Positions 27,801 through 42,800 of a DNA stretch of 64,000 bases are shown piece after piece. The DNA is taken from contig CAJINV010000034.1 of NCBI GenBank assembly GCA_905178155.1, positions 1 through 64,000 on the forward strand, read 5' to 3'. This DNA comes from Amoebophrya sp. A120 (lineage: Eukaryota > Protista > Dinoflagellata). Position 1 is the stretch's first letter; each line of letters begins with the position of its first letter. Under the pieces are notes generated by a model. The model saw only the letters and a program-made list of their open reading frames with translations, made no database searches and was not told the origin of the DNA. Position numbers and translations under genes: made by a program.

Positions 27801-30800
27801 GTTGACTTCGACTACTATCCTGTGCAAAAGTATCGTACTCGTATTGCACTCGTGCATTACAAATCCTTTTGTTGTTGTAAATACGCATTACAAATTTCAT
27901 TTCTCATGCTGAGGAAATTTGTAATGCATTCATACGAGTGCGATACTTTTGCAATGCATAACCACGACGACCACCGCGACGCCGGAGATCATTGAAAGAA
28001 CGAAAGAGGAGTTGGTGATGGTGAACTCCACGGTGTATGATTCAACCTCCGGGCAGAACATCACCGTTTCGAACTTCGTCATGCAGAACGTGACGAGAAA
28101 CGTGTCCTTCGCCCAGTATCTCACCGAAATCGGCCCGAACGCGACTGCGGCTTATTTCGCGCCTGGGCCGGATATCCGATATGCAAGAAAAAAACTGTGG
28201 AAGTGTAAACCTGTGATGCAGAACATGCCACAGAGTTACACCTGTCATGCCAGACAGCCATGCAGTCCCCTTTTCATATGTGTTTTCCCTTACAAACTAC
28301 GCATGACAGGTTTTTTATGTCATGTAGAGCAAATTTGTGATACTGTCAGCCAAAGATAGTTACACTAACACAGTTTTTTTCTTGGATATCCGACGGGAGA
28401 ACTTGAATAGACTGGAGGAAGTTGCTTGCACAATTGAGAAAGAGTCCGTGAACAAGGTGAATCGGGATGAAGAATTGGATCTGATCCTCCTCTCCGATAG
28501 AGAACGGAGGAAATACTTCACGCCCGGCGTGCCGCAGTTTGTCAACACCATGACCATGATTAACGAGTACCAGCCACCGATGATGCCAAACCCACCGAAT
28601 TTGACTCATTTGCGCGAAGTGGAAAACAGGACTGATAGTCAAATTCAGCAACAAGTCGATTACTACAACCAGGTGACGGTGCACGACCCATTGTACAGTG
28701 CTATGCCCAGTAAGACGAAAACCTTGAAATATCATTTGTAAAAACGTCCCCACATCAGAGTCAAGATGGGAAATCTGCTAGACAAATCAGCCAGCTTCGG
28801 TCGTCTGGCATGAAAAGTTTGCCCGCGTAGTGTAATCCTGTTCGGGTAGTTCAGCAGCGTCACAGATCTAGTCCGTCATGCTGATTATAGCATCACAAAT
28901 TGAAACTCCAAAACACGACTAGAAAATGCCTCTCATGGCCCTCCGCATGAGCATGACGAACTTTTTTGGCATGCAGATTTGCATGACAGCTCTGGGGTGG
29001 GGACGTTTTTCCTCAGGATATGAAAGACTTAGTCGTCCAGGAATCCCACTCCTGCGGGACTGGGGTTCCCTGCTGGAAAAACGAAATCGTCCGTGGGTAT
29101 CCGAGGTGCGGTGCGTTCTTACCCGAGGGGCTGCCTGATCTCGACGATATCAGCAAGACCTACACGACGCCGAGTATCACCCACGTCCAGCACATTTACC
29201 CGAACAGCACAAAATTGCTAAACCGGTGGCTGGAGAACCGGGCGAAACAGAGAGCGGTGAACTTAGCGAGTCAAAACATCTCCAACCACACAGTGCAGGA
29301 TGTGGTTTGCTACGAGGAGGACACGCATTCGAGTTTCATCGTGTTCAAAAACACAAATTCGAGCACTACGCCTCTGATTATCCTCAACCAGGAGATGTGT
29401 AGCCACGATTCTATCACGAATGAGCCGATTCTGCCGACCTGGTTGGATAAACTGTGCTACAGTTTCGTGAAGCACAAGATTGTGATTTTTGAGGAGATCT
29501 TGGCGGAATTCGACGAGGCGCTGCCGTATGGAAGGGGAATTTGTTGCCGCATGCACGTTGTATTCTTGCATGACAAAATTCTTTTCGGAAGAAGCTTATC
29601 CAGCAATACAAGTGTGTGCGCTGTCAACATGTTGTCACTGACCGAAGTTTGTCATGCATTTTCTCTGTGTAGTAGGTACTACTACGGCAAATTCACCATG
29701 CATATCCTCCTACACCGTGCGTACCAGAACTACACGGAGTGGTTTTTGGAGCAGGTGGTATCCTGTGCAAAAGTATCGTACTCGTATTGCAATCATGCAT
29801 TACAAATCTTCTTGTTCTTTTTAAAGTAAATCCGCACGACTACAAATTTTATTTCTCATGCTCAGAAAATTTGTAATGAATTAGCATTTATACGAGTACG
29901 TTACTGTTGCAGTTCATAGGTGGTAATCAACAACAATTGGGCGATGACGATCGAAGACACGGCTTTGTACGCTGCGGACGGAACGACGTTGCTGAATGGT
30001 GTTTACGAGAACAGAACGGTCACGAATGCCAGCACCAACGGGACCTCTGTAGAGCAATTCCTGATTGGCTACGAAAACTACACCGATTACTTGAACATGA
30101 CCGGTTGGAACCCGGACAACCTCACCGACCCGACCGACGTAACAGACACCGAGGCAACGAAATACCTCAACGCGGTTATCAAGCGCATCCCCTACGCGGA
30201 TAGGAAATCACGGCTGGCGATTTCGAGGGCTTTCGAGCAAGAGCTGGAGTACAGGTGGAATTTCCAAACGGAGAAAAATGTCAATGGAACCCTCTCAACC
30301 CAGTCCGCGGTGTACTTCTTCGGCACGCCGAAATGCTTACTGAACTTAAAGCCGTGCTATTGCGACGAGATGTGCAAGCACGAGCGCAATCTAGATTGCT
30401 GCTTGCACTGCTGGCCGAAGTCGGACGATCTGAAGCAGTGCAGTATCCCCGCGACTAGAACCCCGACATCCAGTTGGCATGCGGAAATAAAGCAGAAGTT
30501 TGAGATGTGCGACAATAGCTACCGGTGGTTCGAATCTCAGCAAGTCGCATCGAGGCAGTGGCTATGCATTGCAAATACGTTTGGGTCTGGGAGAATGCAC
30601 CTTCTGATGCTGTCTTCGGATTATAAGAAAATCTGTGTTGCATGACCAGCAAGAGGAGTCGACTTTGTGCTACGCGGAGAGCAGGGCATTTGTCATGCAG
30701 TATACGCATCAGAAAGCCCCCCTCAAAAATTCTGTGATGCTAGGGCATGTGTCCCAGTTCGAGAAGGTACCCCCGGAGCGGTAAGGTACCTCTGGAGAAA

Positions 30801-33800
30801 GAGAACCCCCCGAAAAGCAACCACCAACATACGAAAAGGACAGGTGGAAACCGCGAAGCGAACAATCTCCGCGCACAAGAGACGCACTCGCAGCGCCATA
30901 CTTTACAAAACGTAGGAAGAGAAGGGGCGCAAGGACAAGAAGCGTCGCTGCGAGCCAAACAGCGCGGAACTTTGGCGTGCGTGATTCCTAGCGCGCGCGC
31001 GCGCGACTTCGACGCCAGCGGCTCTTGTCGGTCTGTTTATTTGTTTTTGGCGCGCGCGCGCGCGATGCAGTACGACGCAGCACGCAGCGCATTTGAAGAT
31101 ACTTCTCGAGGCGCGCGCAACGGTAGCGCGCGTCGCACTTTTAAAGCAAGTGAGTGAGGGGCGGACAGGAAGTAGGCGTCACCATCTAAAACGACTTCGC
31201 TGCGGCATTGCAGGTACCGACCCGAACCGGGGTCGGAGAACATCCGACCCCCGCGTTGGGAACGTACCAGACAGTTTGAGAAGGTACCTGCCGGAGAAAA
31301 TAGGCGCCCCCCCATACGAATGAGGAGCGCCTTTTCGTCATACTAAAGCGCTATTTGTTCTAGCATTTTTAGGCACGGGGCCGGTTTTGAACTGGGGGTA
31401 CAATGCTGAACCGGGGACCCGTTTGAACGGCTACACATGCATCACAGACATCATGATCATGGGTCATGCAAAATGTGCATGACAAGTCCTGCACTCTTGC
31501 AGACCCAGACATATTTGCAGTTCATAGTGGCTCACCGCCGATCGGCACAACTATGTGGAATTCTCTGGCCGGGATATGATCTTCTTCGATAGTTTGCACA
31601 AGACCTTCGAGTATGCATTGCAAATATGTCTGGGCCTGGAAGGTGGTGACTTGTCATGGTAAATCTGAAGCATACAAAAATCTGTGTTGCATGAGTGCCA
31701 AAAGGTGTCCATTTTCGACCAAGTTGGGAGGGAGTTTCTCATGCAGGATAGGCATGGCAGAGATCTCGCAGAGCCTGTTATGCTAAGCCCTGCATTCCAG
31801 ACCTCATGGGTCATGGAAAATCTGCATGACAATTTTACACTCTTCCAGACCCAGACATTTTTGCACTTGATATCGAAGGCGTCCCGAACGCTTTGCGAAC
31901 CCCCTTCGTCACCCAGTTCCGGAAATCCCAGGGGCAGGTGGTGAATCTCGAGCTCTTCATCTCTAAAAACATCACCGATCACCGGAACGCGCAGATCTCG
32001 AAGCCGCAGCCTTGTTGGGCCGAATCTTTGAACCGGGAGTCGATTATTTTATCCAATCTAGACGACCAGAGCAGAGCTGCTACTACTTGTGACGGAACTT
32101 CCTTCTGCCTCCAAGACATGACGAAAGGTTATCCGAATTTAAACACTTGTCCAACCGATTACTCAGTCGTGGAGCGGACGTTTGAGATGATCCAAGCCCC
32201 CCCGGATGAGAACGGGACGGTTTTGTTCTTGAAACCCCTAACTGAAGAAATCCAAAAAAGGAAGATCACGAACACGCGAGGGTCAGCGACGGTGGTATTG
32301 CGGTACAACACGACGGAGGAGGTGGAGGTGGTGGAATATGATGAAGAATTCTTGGACTACCTGGTGCAGACGAGATTGGTCACGAGCAGGTTTGACTTCA
32401 AGCGGGCGATTGCTGGAAATCAGTCGAATGGCACCAACGACACGAACGGCACAGTTTCGAATGACAGCAACATGACGACCGCAGGCGATCAGCAGCAGTA
32501 CGAGATTTTCACGAACTTCAGCTACGAAAACGTCACAACGAACGAGTCCAATGTCTCCCTCGGGATTCAGGAACTTCGCTCCATGGTCAACCAAACGGTG
32601 GAGCAGCGGGTGGAAGAATTGGATGTCTGCTACACGGACGTTTTGGCGTCTAACTTCACTATCATGCTGGAGAATCACGTGAACTGCACAAGCTTGGAAT
32701 CCGGGGACTGCTGGAAGGACATCCCGGTGCGGAATTACCCAAAGTGTGAAAAACACTACACTTACGAGTTTGAGGAGGAAGAAATCACAACTGCAGCTGG
32801 GACCACGACTATCAGGAGAATTTTAAAGGAAAAAACCGAGTGGATATCGCCGAACCGGAATGCGAATGCCGGAACTTATCAAATGCAAATATGTCTGGGT
32901 CTGGAAACTTGTGATGCTAAGATCTTACTATGGTAGACACACTGCAATGCGCAGCCAAGCATGACAAATTTTTGGGCTGCTATTGTGTTTCGTTTTCCGC
33001 ATGGCAAACTGCGTTTTTGCATGACAGGCGTTAGGCCTGTTGCCCCCTCATGCATCACAGATTTATGAGTCATGCCAGACAAGCATGACAAACTCGCATT
33101 CTTCCAGACCCAGACATTTTTGCATTCGATAGAACTTATCAAGACACCATCTGCTGGCACAACGAGAAAAACGCGATCAAATTTGAGCACATTAGCAGCA
33201 CGTTGGAGCATGACAACGTGACGCTCGGGTTTCCGAGGTGTGACTGGCAGTTGCGGGACGTGAACTTGCAGACGCCGGAGGCGAATGATTTGTTCTACAC
33301 GAAGGAGAACGTCGAGAAGATGCAGAACAGGCTGTTGCACATAAGCATTGCAAAAGTGTCGGACTAAGTAGAAATAGCATGACAAATTTCTCCAGAAGGG
33401 AAAATGAAATTTGTAATCCTGAATGAGCTTTAGAAACCAGATCTGTCATGCATGGCTGCAATTTGTTGTACGAGTGCGAAGATACTTTTGCAGAGCATAG
33501 CACAACAACACGTATAATTTAACAAGTGACGCGATCTGTTGGACGAACGGGACGACTTTCAGGGTGATCGAGTACCACCCGTATTTGATGGAAAACAACC
33601 AACCTCTTGTGGTCAGGGATGAGTACGAGGCGCACGTGCGGTTCTACTCTTTAGGTAGTCCGAACTGCGAAGCAAGCACGCAGAACTGCTACTGCGATTC
33701 CATTTGCCACTTGCTGCGGTTTAATGATTGTTGTCAACAGTGCTGGAAGAACGAGGCGCTCGGCTGCGACTATCAAGCGAAGCTATCCTCCCGGTTCCAG

Positions 33801-36800
33801 CAGTGCGGGGCCGAGCTTCCCTCTTTTTTCAACTACACAGAACAATTAGGGGAGATGTCGAGTCTCATCACCCCTCCCGCCTTCACTTCCACGGACCAAA
33901 TCAAAAAGCAACTGGACATAAACCAATTTTCCGAGTACGAATTGATCCACAGCAAGGTCTCGACCCTAGACCGGCGATTTATCGCCGACCCTACCGCGGT
34001 GAACGTCCCGTGCTACTCCACCTGGGAGGACCAGGGCGAGACGAGTCCGAGCTTTTCTCTGTTGCAACTACAGGACTCCGAGCTCCGCGCCATGCACTTG
34101 AACCGAATCCCGTTGGATTTCTGCAGCAACACGACGTTTTGCTTAGAGGATCTAGTCGGTATGTTCGCGGGGGATTTGGTACAGTGCTTCAACAACTCTG
34201 GGAGGGAATACTTCTCCAGCTGCTACGTGATTGAGTACGAGAAGTCGAATTCGCCGGATCTTTATGGGAATGGGTTGCTGATGCCGGACGACCAGCGACA
34301 GGTTTCCCTGATCGACCGAAAAGGAAGGGAGTTAGTTACGAACGTCAACTACCGGGAAGCACATGCGGACTACGATCTATTAGAACAGAAGCAGCAGCTG
34401 GTCGTGACAAATTCCGGTGGTGTTTACGGCAACGAAACGCTTTCTTCTTCCCTGGTCGACGCGAAACTGTACCAAATCACGATCTGGCGGGCGTTGCAGT
34501 GTACTTGGAGCTGCTGGAAAGATTATGTGGTTCGTGGTTACCGGAAATGCGACAACGAAACGGTTTCCGCAGATCAGGTTTGTTGGTTCGACCAGAGGAC
34601 CTTGCTCGATACTTCCGGCGACCCGAGCAACTTCGTGACGATGAAAAACGTGAAGACGGATGAGCAAATCACGAAGTTCAAAAACCAGTACGCGACCTGT
34701 ATTCCAGAGGATATCATCGCGAACAGGACCGCGCTTTGTCAAGAACAGGTGAACTTCTACACGTACACCCAGTCAACTCCGCAACTGCAGGAAGAGCACG
34801 AGAACACGACTTTCACCGGGACCGTGACGAAGATGGAAGATTGCTTCAACTACCAGGCGGCTGTGAATCTGACCATGGAATACGCTGCAGTCATATGCTG
34901 TGCAAATATGTCTGGGTCTGGAACAAAGCAACTTGTCATGCTAAATCTGGATCATGTAAAAATCTGCGTTGCATGATTGCCAAAAGCTCCTGCTCACTTT
35001 TGACCTAATAGAGAGGTAGTTTCTCATGCAGGATAGGCATGGTAGAACTCTCACAGAATCTGTCATGCTATGTCCTACACATCAGACCTCATGGGTCACG
35101 GAAAACCTGCATGACAAGTCTGGCATTCGTCCAGAGCCAGACATTTTTGCAGTTGATAAGTCAGTCCCATCAACAAAAACCCGTGCTACATCCACAACCC
35201 GTACGCGCCGGCGAGTGACAACGGGGGGCACTTGCACATCGGGGGGCCTTATGGATTGTAAAAATGTCTGGGTCTGGAAGGTTGAAACTTGTAATGCTAG
35301 CTTTCCATTATACGTAGAAAATCTGTATTGCATAACCAACAAAAGTCGCAGCCTCTTTTGTCATGCAAAAACGCAGTTTCTCATGCGGATTGCCTATGAG
35401 AAAGCGTTTTGGGAAGTTGTCATGCCGGACTGCATTCGGAAGTGTCTTCATCATGCACATTTTAGCATCACAAGTTTCCAGACCCAGACACTTTTGCATT
35501 TCATATGCCTTTCGCCTGTCCGGTGTCAATAACCCCCGGTGGGAACTGGTCCGATCCGAACTCCTGGCCGAATAAGTACGTGCCGGTGGATATCAAATGC
35601 AAAAATGTCTGGGTCTGGAAGAATGCAAGATTTGTCATGCATATTTCTCATGACCCATGATGCCCGTAATGCATGACCTAGCATCGCAGACCTTTAGAGG
35701 GCTTCCTGGTGCACCTTCCGCATGAGAAAAGCCCTGTCCGTGTAGCACAAACTGTGCCCCTCTTGCTGGTCATGCAATACAAATCTTTTTAGAGTCCAAA
35801 AACAGCATGACAGGTTGCAATCTTTCAGACCCAGACATTTTTGCATTTGATAGTGGACGGGGAAGATGTGTACATCGAGAATTACATGTCGATTGTCTTG
35901 GACGTGAATTCGACCGCGAAATTGGGCAGGTTGTCTGTGCACGGGGAATTGATTTTTAGTGATAATGCGGAAAACGTGAAGATCGTGGCGAAGCAGATTT
36001 ACATCGGCGCGAAGGGGGTGTTCCGGGCTGGGACAAGCGAGTCGGAGCCGTGGAGCGGGGAGAGTGGGGTGATTGAGCTTTGGATATCCTGTGCAAAAGT
36101 ATTGTACTCGTAGTAATGGCAAGCATGCATTACAAATCTTTCTCTTATAGGTAAATCAGCATTACAAATTTATATTTCTCATGCTGAGTAGAAAATCAAA
36201 ATTTGTAATGCATTTGTACGAGTACGATACTTTTGCAATCCATACTGGAACGACAATGACGATGTGTCAACCGCGGTTGGACCAGCGGCGGGTGCGACGA
36301 CAGCGGGTACTGCAGGTGATTCTTCCGCTTCCGACGTGAACGGAACAAGCAATGGCACAAACGGGACCGAATTCGGCACCAACGACACGGAAAATGACGA
36401 CATCGCCTCTTTGTTAGCGGCGAACAGCATCACAAGTACGACAACAACCACCACCACGACAACCACAGACCCGAACAATTTGGCGAATCTTCTCTACCCG
36501 GAGTCAAATGGATTGGCCCAATTTGACCCGTTACAACACTTGATTTTCGACTGGCAAGATGTAACCGCTGATACCGGCGCCGCCAGTTCTGCGAACGACG
36601 CTGACACCAACATCGAGCAGGGCAGTTCCTGTTTACCCACTCCGAAGAAAATTGGTTATTGCAGATCGCAAATCGGGGAGTATGTCAGATCCACCGGGAG
36701 GGAGACGGAGTGCCAGAGACTAATAAACGCCTACGATCCGACGATCCGGCACTTGATCCAAGGTTTCTTCTACGGAGAATACTCGCAAAATAATCTCCAG

Positions 36801-39800
36801 TGGTCGGCCTGCTACATCTACTTCCACGCCTCGATGAGCGAGAAGTTCGGCGCGGGGTGTCCGGTTGGAATTGACACTACTGTCACCACCGCTTCCGTCG
36901 TCGCGAATTGCTGTCCGGCGATGCCGGTGGCCGCGATGGGAGCGAGCTCCGCATCGGAATTGATGACCTTCGTGGAGTACGGGCACATTACCGGGATCGA
37001 GAGGATTTTCCCCGATTTCGGCTTTTCTTCGATCCAAATCGACGCAATGGGCGAGGCGGGTACGCTGTCGGAATACACGACCTACGCACCTTTGTATTGG
37101 TCGAACACGAAATGCTTTGTGCTGCAACAATCCTACCCTACGGAAGCGGAGCTCGCACCGGCAATCACAACAACCACAACCCCGAACCCCTGGTCGCCGT
37201 TAATGGAAGAGTTCCGCCGGATCCAGATCCACGGAAAGTTTGAGATGTACGGAAAGGATGTCAGGAGACAGGTTTTGAAGCTCGCCAGCCCGGTCGTCGT
37301 GAACCCCGCGACGCAAGCGACAAACCCAGTGAATAAAATTTTCATTGACGACTACTTCACGGTGACTCAGTATTGGGGCGTCGGTAGCAAGATCGCGATT
37401 TCCTCTACAGCCGAGTACTCAATGAAAAATGAAACCGTTTGCCCCGAATCGGCGCAGAAGAACATTTGGCGATGTCCAAGTGGTTGGCGGTCCGTCGCCG
37501 TGGAGTTAGCTACGGCCGCGGGGGTGGATCACAATAAGCAAATCCCTGGTAATCGGCCAGAGGAGGGGGTGTGCTACAAGCTTTTCGGAACGGGGAATGC
37601 CGCGACTTCTCCCGAGCCGGAGAAGCCGAAAACCGCTAGTGAGGCAAATGCGTACTGCAAGCAGCAGCACCCGAACGCGGTGTTAGCGACGATTCGAACC
37701 ACTTCGCAGAATACTTTTGTGCAAAACATGGTGGCGGAGTTTGAGCAAGCACAAACAGCAACAGGTAGTTCTTCCGGTACTCCTAAGGTTTTTCTAGGTG
37801 CGCACTACAACCCGGATTCCTTAACCAGTCAGATCGGATTCTACGATAATACCGTCCCGGTGCCGAGTCTGTGGACGCCGTTGCTCGAAGCGGACGTAAA
37901 TCTCGCTGGGACAAACGACTGCACAAAAATGAATACCGCGAACGGCCGGTGGCAGCCGGAGCCGTGCACAAACGAAAATGCGTTTATCTGCAGCATCCAC
38001 AGCAAGTGCAAGCACGGATTCGTGTTTATCGATGGGGAGTGTTTGCTAGTGACGCAAATCCCACCGCCCTACCATACTGTCGCCCCGTTTGACGATTACA
38101 ACTCGACGTTGCCAAGCTCGATGCCGATCTACCCGAAGGAGTTAGCGGAAGAGTACTGCAGATTACTCGCGCCGTTGGAAAACGCACACCTGGCAGTCCT
38201 CCGGACCAACAACCAGAACAACGCCGTGCAGGATCTGGCGAAAGCGTTGTCGACCAACGTGCAAGCGACGTACTTCGGGTTAGCGTTTAACACCACAGCA
38301 CTTTTACCCGGTTACGAGTGGAGCAACGGGAGAGATAGCTTTTGGAAGCCCGATTATCGTGAGAAAAAAGTGCTTCACTGTAAGGCTTTTGCAGTTTTTG
38401 CATCACAAGTTCGTTCCACATGACAGAGAAAATTTGCCATGCAAGATTCCTAATGGGAAAGCAGGTAAAAATCCACTGTCTTGCATTTGTAGCAAGGCAA
38501 ACACTTGCGAGATGCTTTTTCTGCATTACAAGTTTACAGTGAAACAGTTTTTTCCTTTGATACGGATGTCACTTGGGAGCCGTTTGACTACGTGCCGGAA
38601 GTGAATGAAAAGGACAACGCGGTTTGCGACGTCACGTATCAAATGCAAAAATGTCTGGGTCTGGAAACTTGTAATGCTAAAAGTGAAGATAGACGAAGAG
38701 AAAACTAAACTAAAAGTGAATGATAGACGGACTGCATTACGCAGCTACGCATGACAATTTTTTTGGCCCCATGTCTTTACGTATTCCGCATGGCAAACTG
38801 CCTTTTCGCGTGACAAGTGAGAGGGCTCTTTCGTGTCTATGCAACACAGATTCTCGAATCATGCCCGACAAGCATGAGAAACTTGCGTTCTTCCAGACCC
38901 AGACACTTTTGCATTTGATATCACGAAGACGAAACTTCTAACTTCCTCCGCCGAGTGCCAAGCCGCAGCTGCTACGATGACGACGAGAACCGGTGGGGTA
39001 ATTGTTTACACCTGGGCGGGCACTTTGACGACTGCGGATGAGCCGTTAGGTTGTTTGTTCTTTACCGCATCGAGGGAAATAAAGTACAATTTTGGCGCAG
39101 CGACGGGGATTCAGACAAATTTTGCTTTAGGGAAGCAGTTCCGGAAGGCGGTTTGCAACATTCCGTCGATCAATTTAAACACGATTTCCTCAACGGATTT
39201 ATGTGTGTCTGCGGACAGAACCACAGCTAAGTGGATTGCAAACCACTGCGGGAGAATGCAGCAGTTCGCCTGTTCCTACACGCCGATCTGCCAACCCGGA
39301 AGTAAATTGGTTGACGGGGAGTGCTTCTTTTTGGCGAAAACCAGTCCGCTGATCCCGAATGCGGTACAGCATGACAGGGTCCAGCCGCACGTCGCAGATC
39401 TGAGGTGTGACGAGATTGTCCCGACGGCGAAATTATGAATGGCAAAAGTATCGTACTCGTATAAATGCATTACAAATTTCCTCAGCGTGAGAAATATAGT
39501 TTGTAATGCGGATTTCTCTTAAGAAAAAAATTTGTAATGCATGATTGCAGGGCATGTACGATACTTTTGCACAGGATAGAAATTAGCGAAAATCGTGACG
39601 GAGGAGCAGGATTTCGCGGTATCAGAGTTTATGCACTGCAAATATGTCTGGGTCTGGAAAAATGCACGTCTGTCATGCTTGTCTCACATGACTCTTGAAC
39701 CTGTAATGCGTGAGCAGGAGAAGACCCTCTTGCCTGTCATGCTAAAATGTAGTTTGTCATGCGGAAAGCGAAACACATAGGAGCCCAGAAACTTGTCATG

Positions 39801-42800
39801 CGTAGCTGCCTATTGCAGTCGTGTCCCCTCAATTCATACATTAGCATCACAAGTTTCCAGACCCAGACGTATTTGCAATGCATAGAGCTGTTACAGGAGC
39901 AATCCGTAACGTCTGCGAGTATCGGGTTTAAGTATAACGACGAGGTGGATCGACTCCAGTATTACGACGAACAGGGGGTAAATTACGAAGACAATTTCCT
40001 ACCATACACCGGCTCCTGTTGGTACGCGAAGCCGACGTTGTTCTCGATTGAGAAGTGCGTGAAAATCTTCGCCAAGGGCATGGCCTCCTCCACCACTCCG
40101 GAAAAGTGCTGGTCTTCGATGCCGTGCGAACAGGTGAACAATTTCGCGTGCAGCTACACGCCAGACCCGTACGAGGAATCTTTGGTGCAGCAGGTGACAA
40201 CAAGCTTCACGATCATGGAAAACCGGGCGCCAATCGCGTATCCTGCGCAAAAGTGTCGTGGTACTCGTACAAAATCAAAATGCAATCATGCATAGAGAAA
40301 TCTCGTTCGTGAGCTAAATCAGCATGACAAACTCCGTACTCTACTTCATCCTGAGCAAATTTGTGATGCAAGTACCACTAGCGCGGTGCTTTTGCAAGGC
40401 ATATTGCGCTCGGGTCGACAGTCTTGAAAAGGTTCGCGGACACCACGGATCTAGAAGTGATCGGGAACTCGTATCAAAACGGACCATTGCTAACCCCCGG
40501 GACGGGGAATTCTGCTGTGTACCTACACTCCATGTACTCGAGACGGAAATTGGACAACGCGTGTCAGCAGGGGACTTTGGCCGTACATCTCTACCGGGAT
40601 ATGTTCGGGCACTTTTCCACTGATGCGATCAGCTCTATCTACAAAACCTTCGGTTGTCCGGTCGATGGTTGCTTGCAAGAGGAGTCGATCCACGCTGCGT
40701 TTGTAGCCGCGCCACCGGATGTCGGGATGACTTACACGGTGAAAGATTTGTTCAACGCGACAGCGGAGAGATTTATGCAATGCAAATTTCCCCTTCCACG
40801 ATGTACAACATGCATCACAAATTTCACCAATTGGGAGCGTTAAACTTGTCATGCTGAACTAGGATCAAAGCCAAGTTTTGTCATGCGGAGACCGCATCTG
40901 TACGTGTACGGGAAATTTCCTGTGGATAAGATTAGGAAACGACAGGTTCGTCCCGGGGACCGGGACTCTAACCACTCCCGGCACGATGAACGGGGGATCC
41001 AACCGGACCAGCGACGTCGAAACCTTGCAGATTACCATATCAAAATGAAAAAAGTCCCCACCCCATATCAAATGGGAAATCTGTGATGCATGATTTGTGT
41101 ACACCAATGCGCGTTGTCTTGCACTACGGCATCGCAGCCAGGTCCGCAGCCTAGGGAGGGACACTTGGGTCTAGGTGCTTAGCATTGCAAACGGCTGTCC
41201 TCTAGGCCCCACAGCATGCCAAATCTCTTCCATAGCGGCGCGGAAGCCTCTGCGTTTGTCTTCTTGCAGGACAGACGTAATTTGTGGTCTCAAAGCACAA
41301 GCAGCAAGACAAATTTTCGGCAGCATGCCTTTTCGATATGGGGGGGGGTTTTTCCTCTCAATACACCAGGGGGATTGGTTGGAAAATTTTAGACCTCTCA
41401 ACCATCTTCCAGCACTGGTGTAAGAAATGGCAGTTAGACGGAAATCCGACAGTAATGGATGCTGCTGGCACTGCGGATAAGGTGCACTTGATTTTAGAAT
41501 TGACCCCGTCCACGCCTCAGACCGCGATCCGGTTTTCTGGCGTCCATGCAGTGTATCCGGAGTGGCGCCCGATGTTTGTCACGAACTGGATTTCCTCGGA
41601 CTCGTATTTGACGAATAAGGAGTGCCGCGTCGAGCACCAGTCTTCATCGGAGTTACAAACAGAAGTGCGGACGATCACGGGGTATGCATTGCAAAAATGT
41701 CTCGGTCTGGAAGGACCCAAACTTGTCATGCTGTCTTTGGATTCTAAAAAAATCTGTATTGCATGACCAGCAAGAGGAGCCCAGACTGTGCTACGCGGAG
41801 AGGACATTTGTCATGCGGAATAGGCATCAGGAAGCCTTCCAAAAATCTGTAATGCTAAGTCATGCACTCGAGGCATCATGGGCCATGCAAATTATGCATG
41901 ACAAACCTGGCCATCTTCCAGACCCAGACATGTTTGCATTTGATACGGGGCTCCAGCAGGGCGGGATTGACTCCGCGCTGGCGATTTTGGACAAGCCATT
42001 GGATTTATGAATGAGCACAACTCCCCCTCCCCCTCATTTGTCATGCAAAATTACCTAAGCCACCCTTTGCCTCTTGGCACTGTTTGCATGACAAGTTCTG
42101 GTAGCCGAAATAGCACTCTACTCCAGTGGAAATTTGTCGTGCAAAACCGGCATTCTTGCTGATGCTTGTGTTGCCGTTCATGCTATACAAATGAGGGGGA
42201 GGGGGGGTTGTGCACTGTTATAGGATTATTCCCACGCGGCCGGGAAAAACAGCTTTGCGCGAGTGGCGTTGCTGAGTCGGAACTTGAAAGTCGTCTCCAA
42301 CTTCCCGAACGGGCCTGGGTCTAACTCACTGGAAAGAACACACCTCCGAATGATCCGGGGCGGGGTGACGGTGGATGTGCAGGGTGATTTCAAAATGGTG
42401 AACACGGAGATTACCGGGGGAGGGAAGTACGGGGGAAATCTCCCAGCAGTGGACTTCAAGCCGAACGCTTTACAAACCCTTGTTTCCTTAGTGAATCCCA
42501 CGACTGTATGAAATGCAAATATGTCTGGGTCATCTGGAAACTTGTGATGCTGGGTGGTGTATCATGAGGAGGCAACAAGTGCTGGCTCAGCATGACAAGT
42601 TTCTGAGCTTCTAGGTGTTGCCTATTCTGCATGACAAACTGCGTTTCTGCATGGCGGAAAAATGGGGCTCTTGGGTGACGTGCATGACAGATTTAAGAGA
42701 CATGCCAGACAAGCATGACAAACATGCATTCTTCCAGACCCAGACATTTTTGCATTTGATAGACTGGTACCATCGGTCCGGTGTCGAGCAGCAACCGAGT

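Larger units (their letters stand above)
4793..33743 (+). other. Eight somatomedin-B-like Cys modules (C-Y/H-C-D-x2-C-x4-6-D-C-C-x2-C, then W...F-x2-C) at about 4793, 9411, 14196, 18033 (degenerate), 19554, 27073, 30355, 33687
   Basis: Translations such as CYCDDDCVKRNDCCFKC, CYCDSKCELEKDCCIKC, CYCDEMCKHERNLDCCLHC. Confidence 0.7.
37465..40165 (+). other. Tandem C-type lectin-like domains
   Basis: CPSGW...CYKLF...ANAYC...LATI...WQPEPCTNENAFIC; CKHGFVFIDGECL...AEEYC...AHLAV; WSSMPCEQVNNFAC. Confidence 0.75.
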
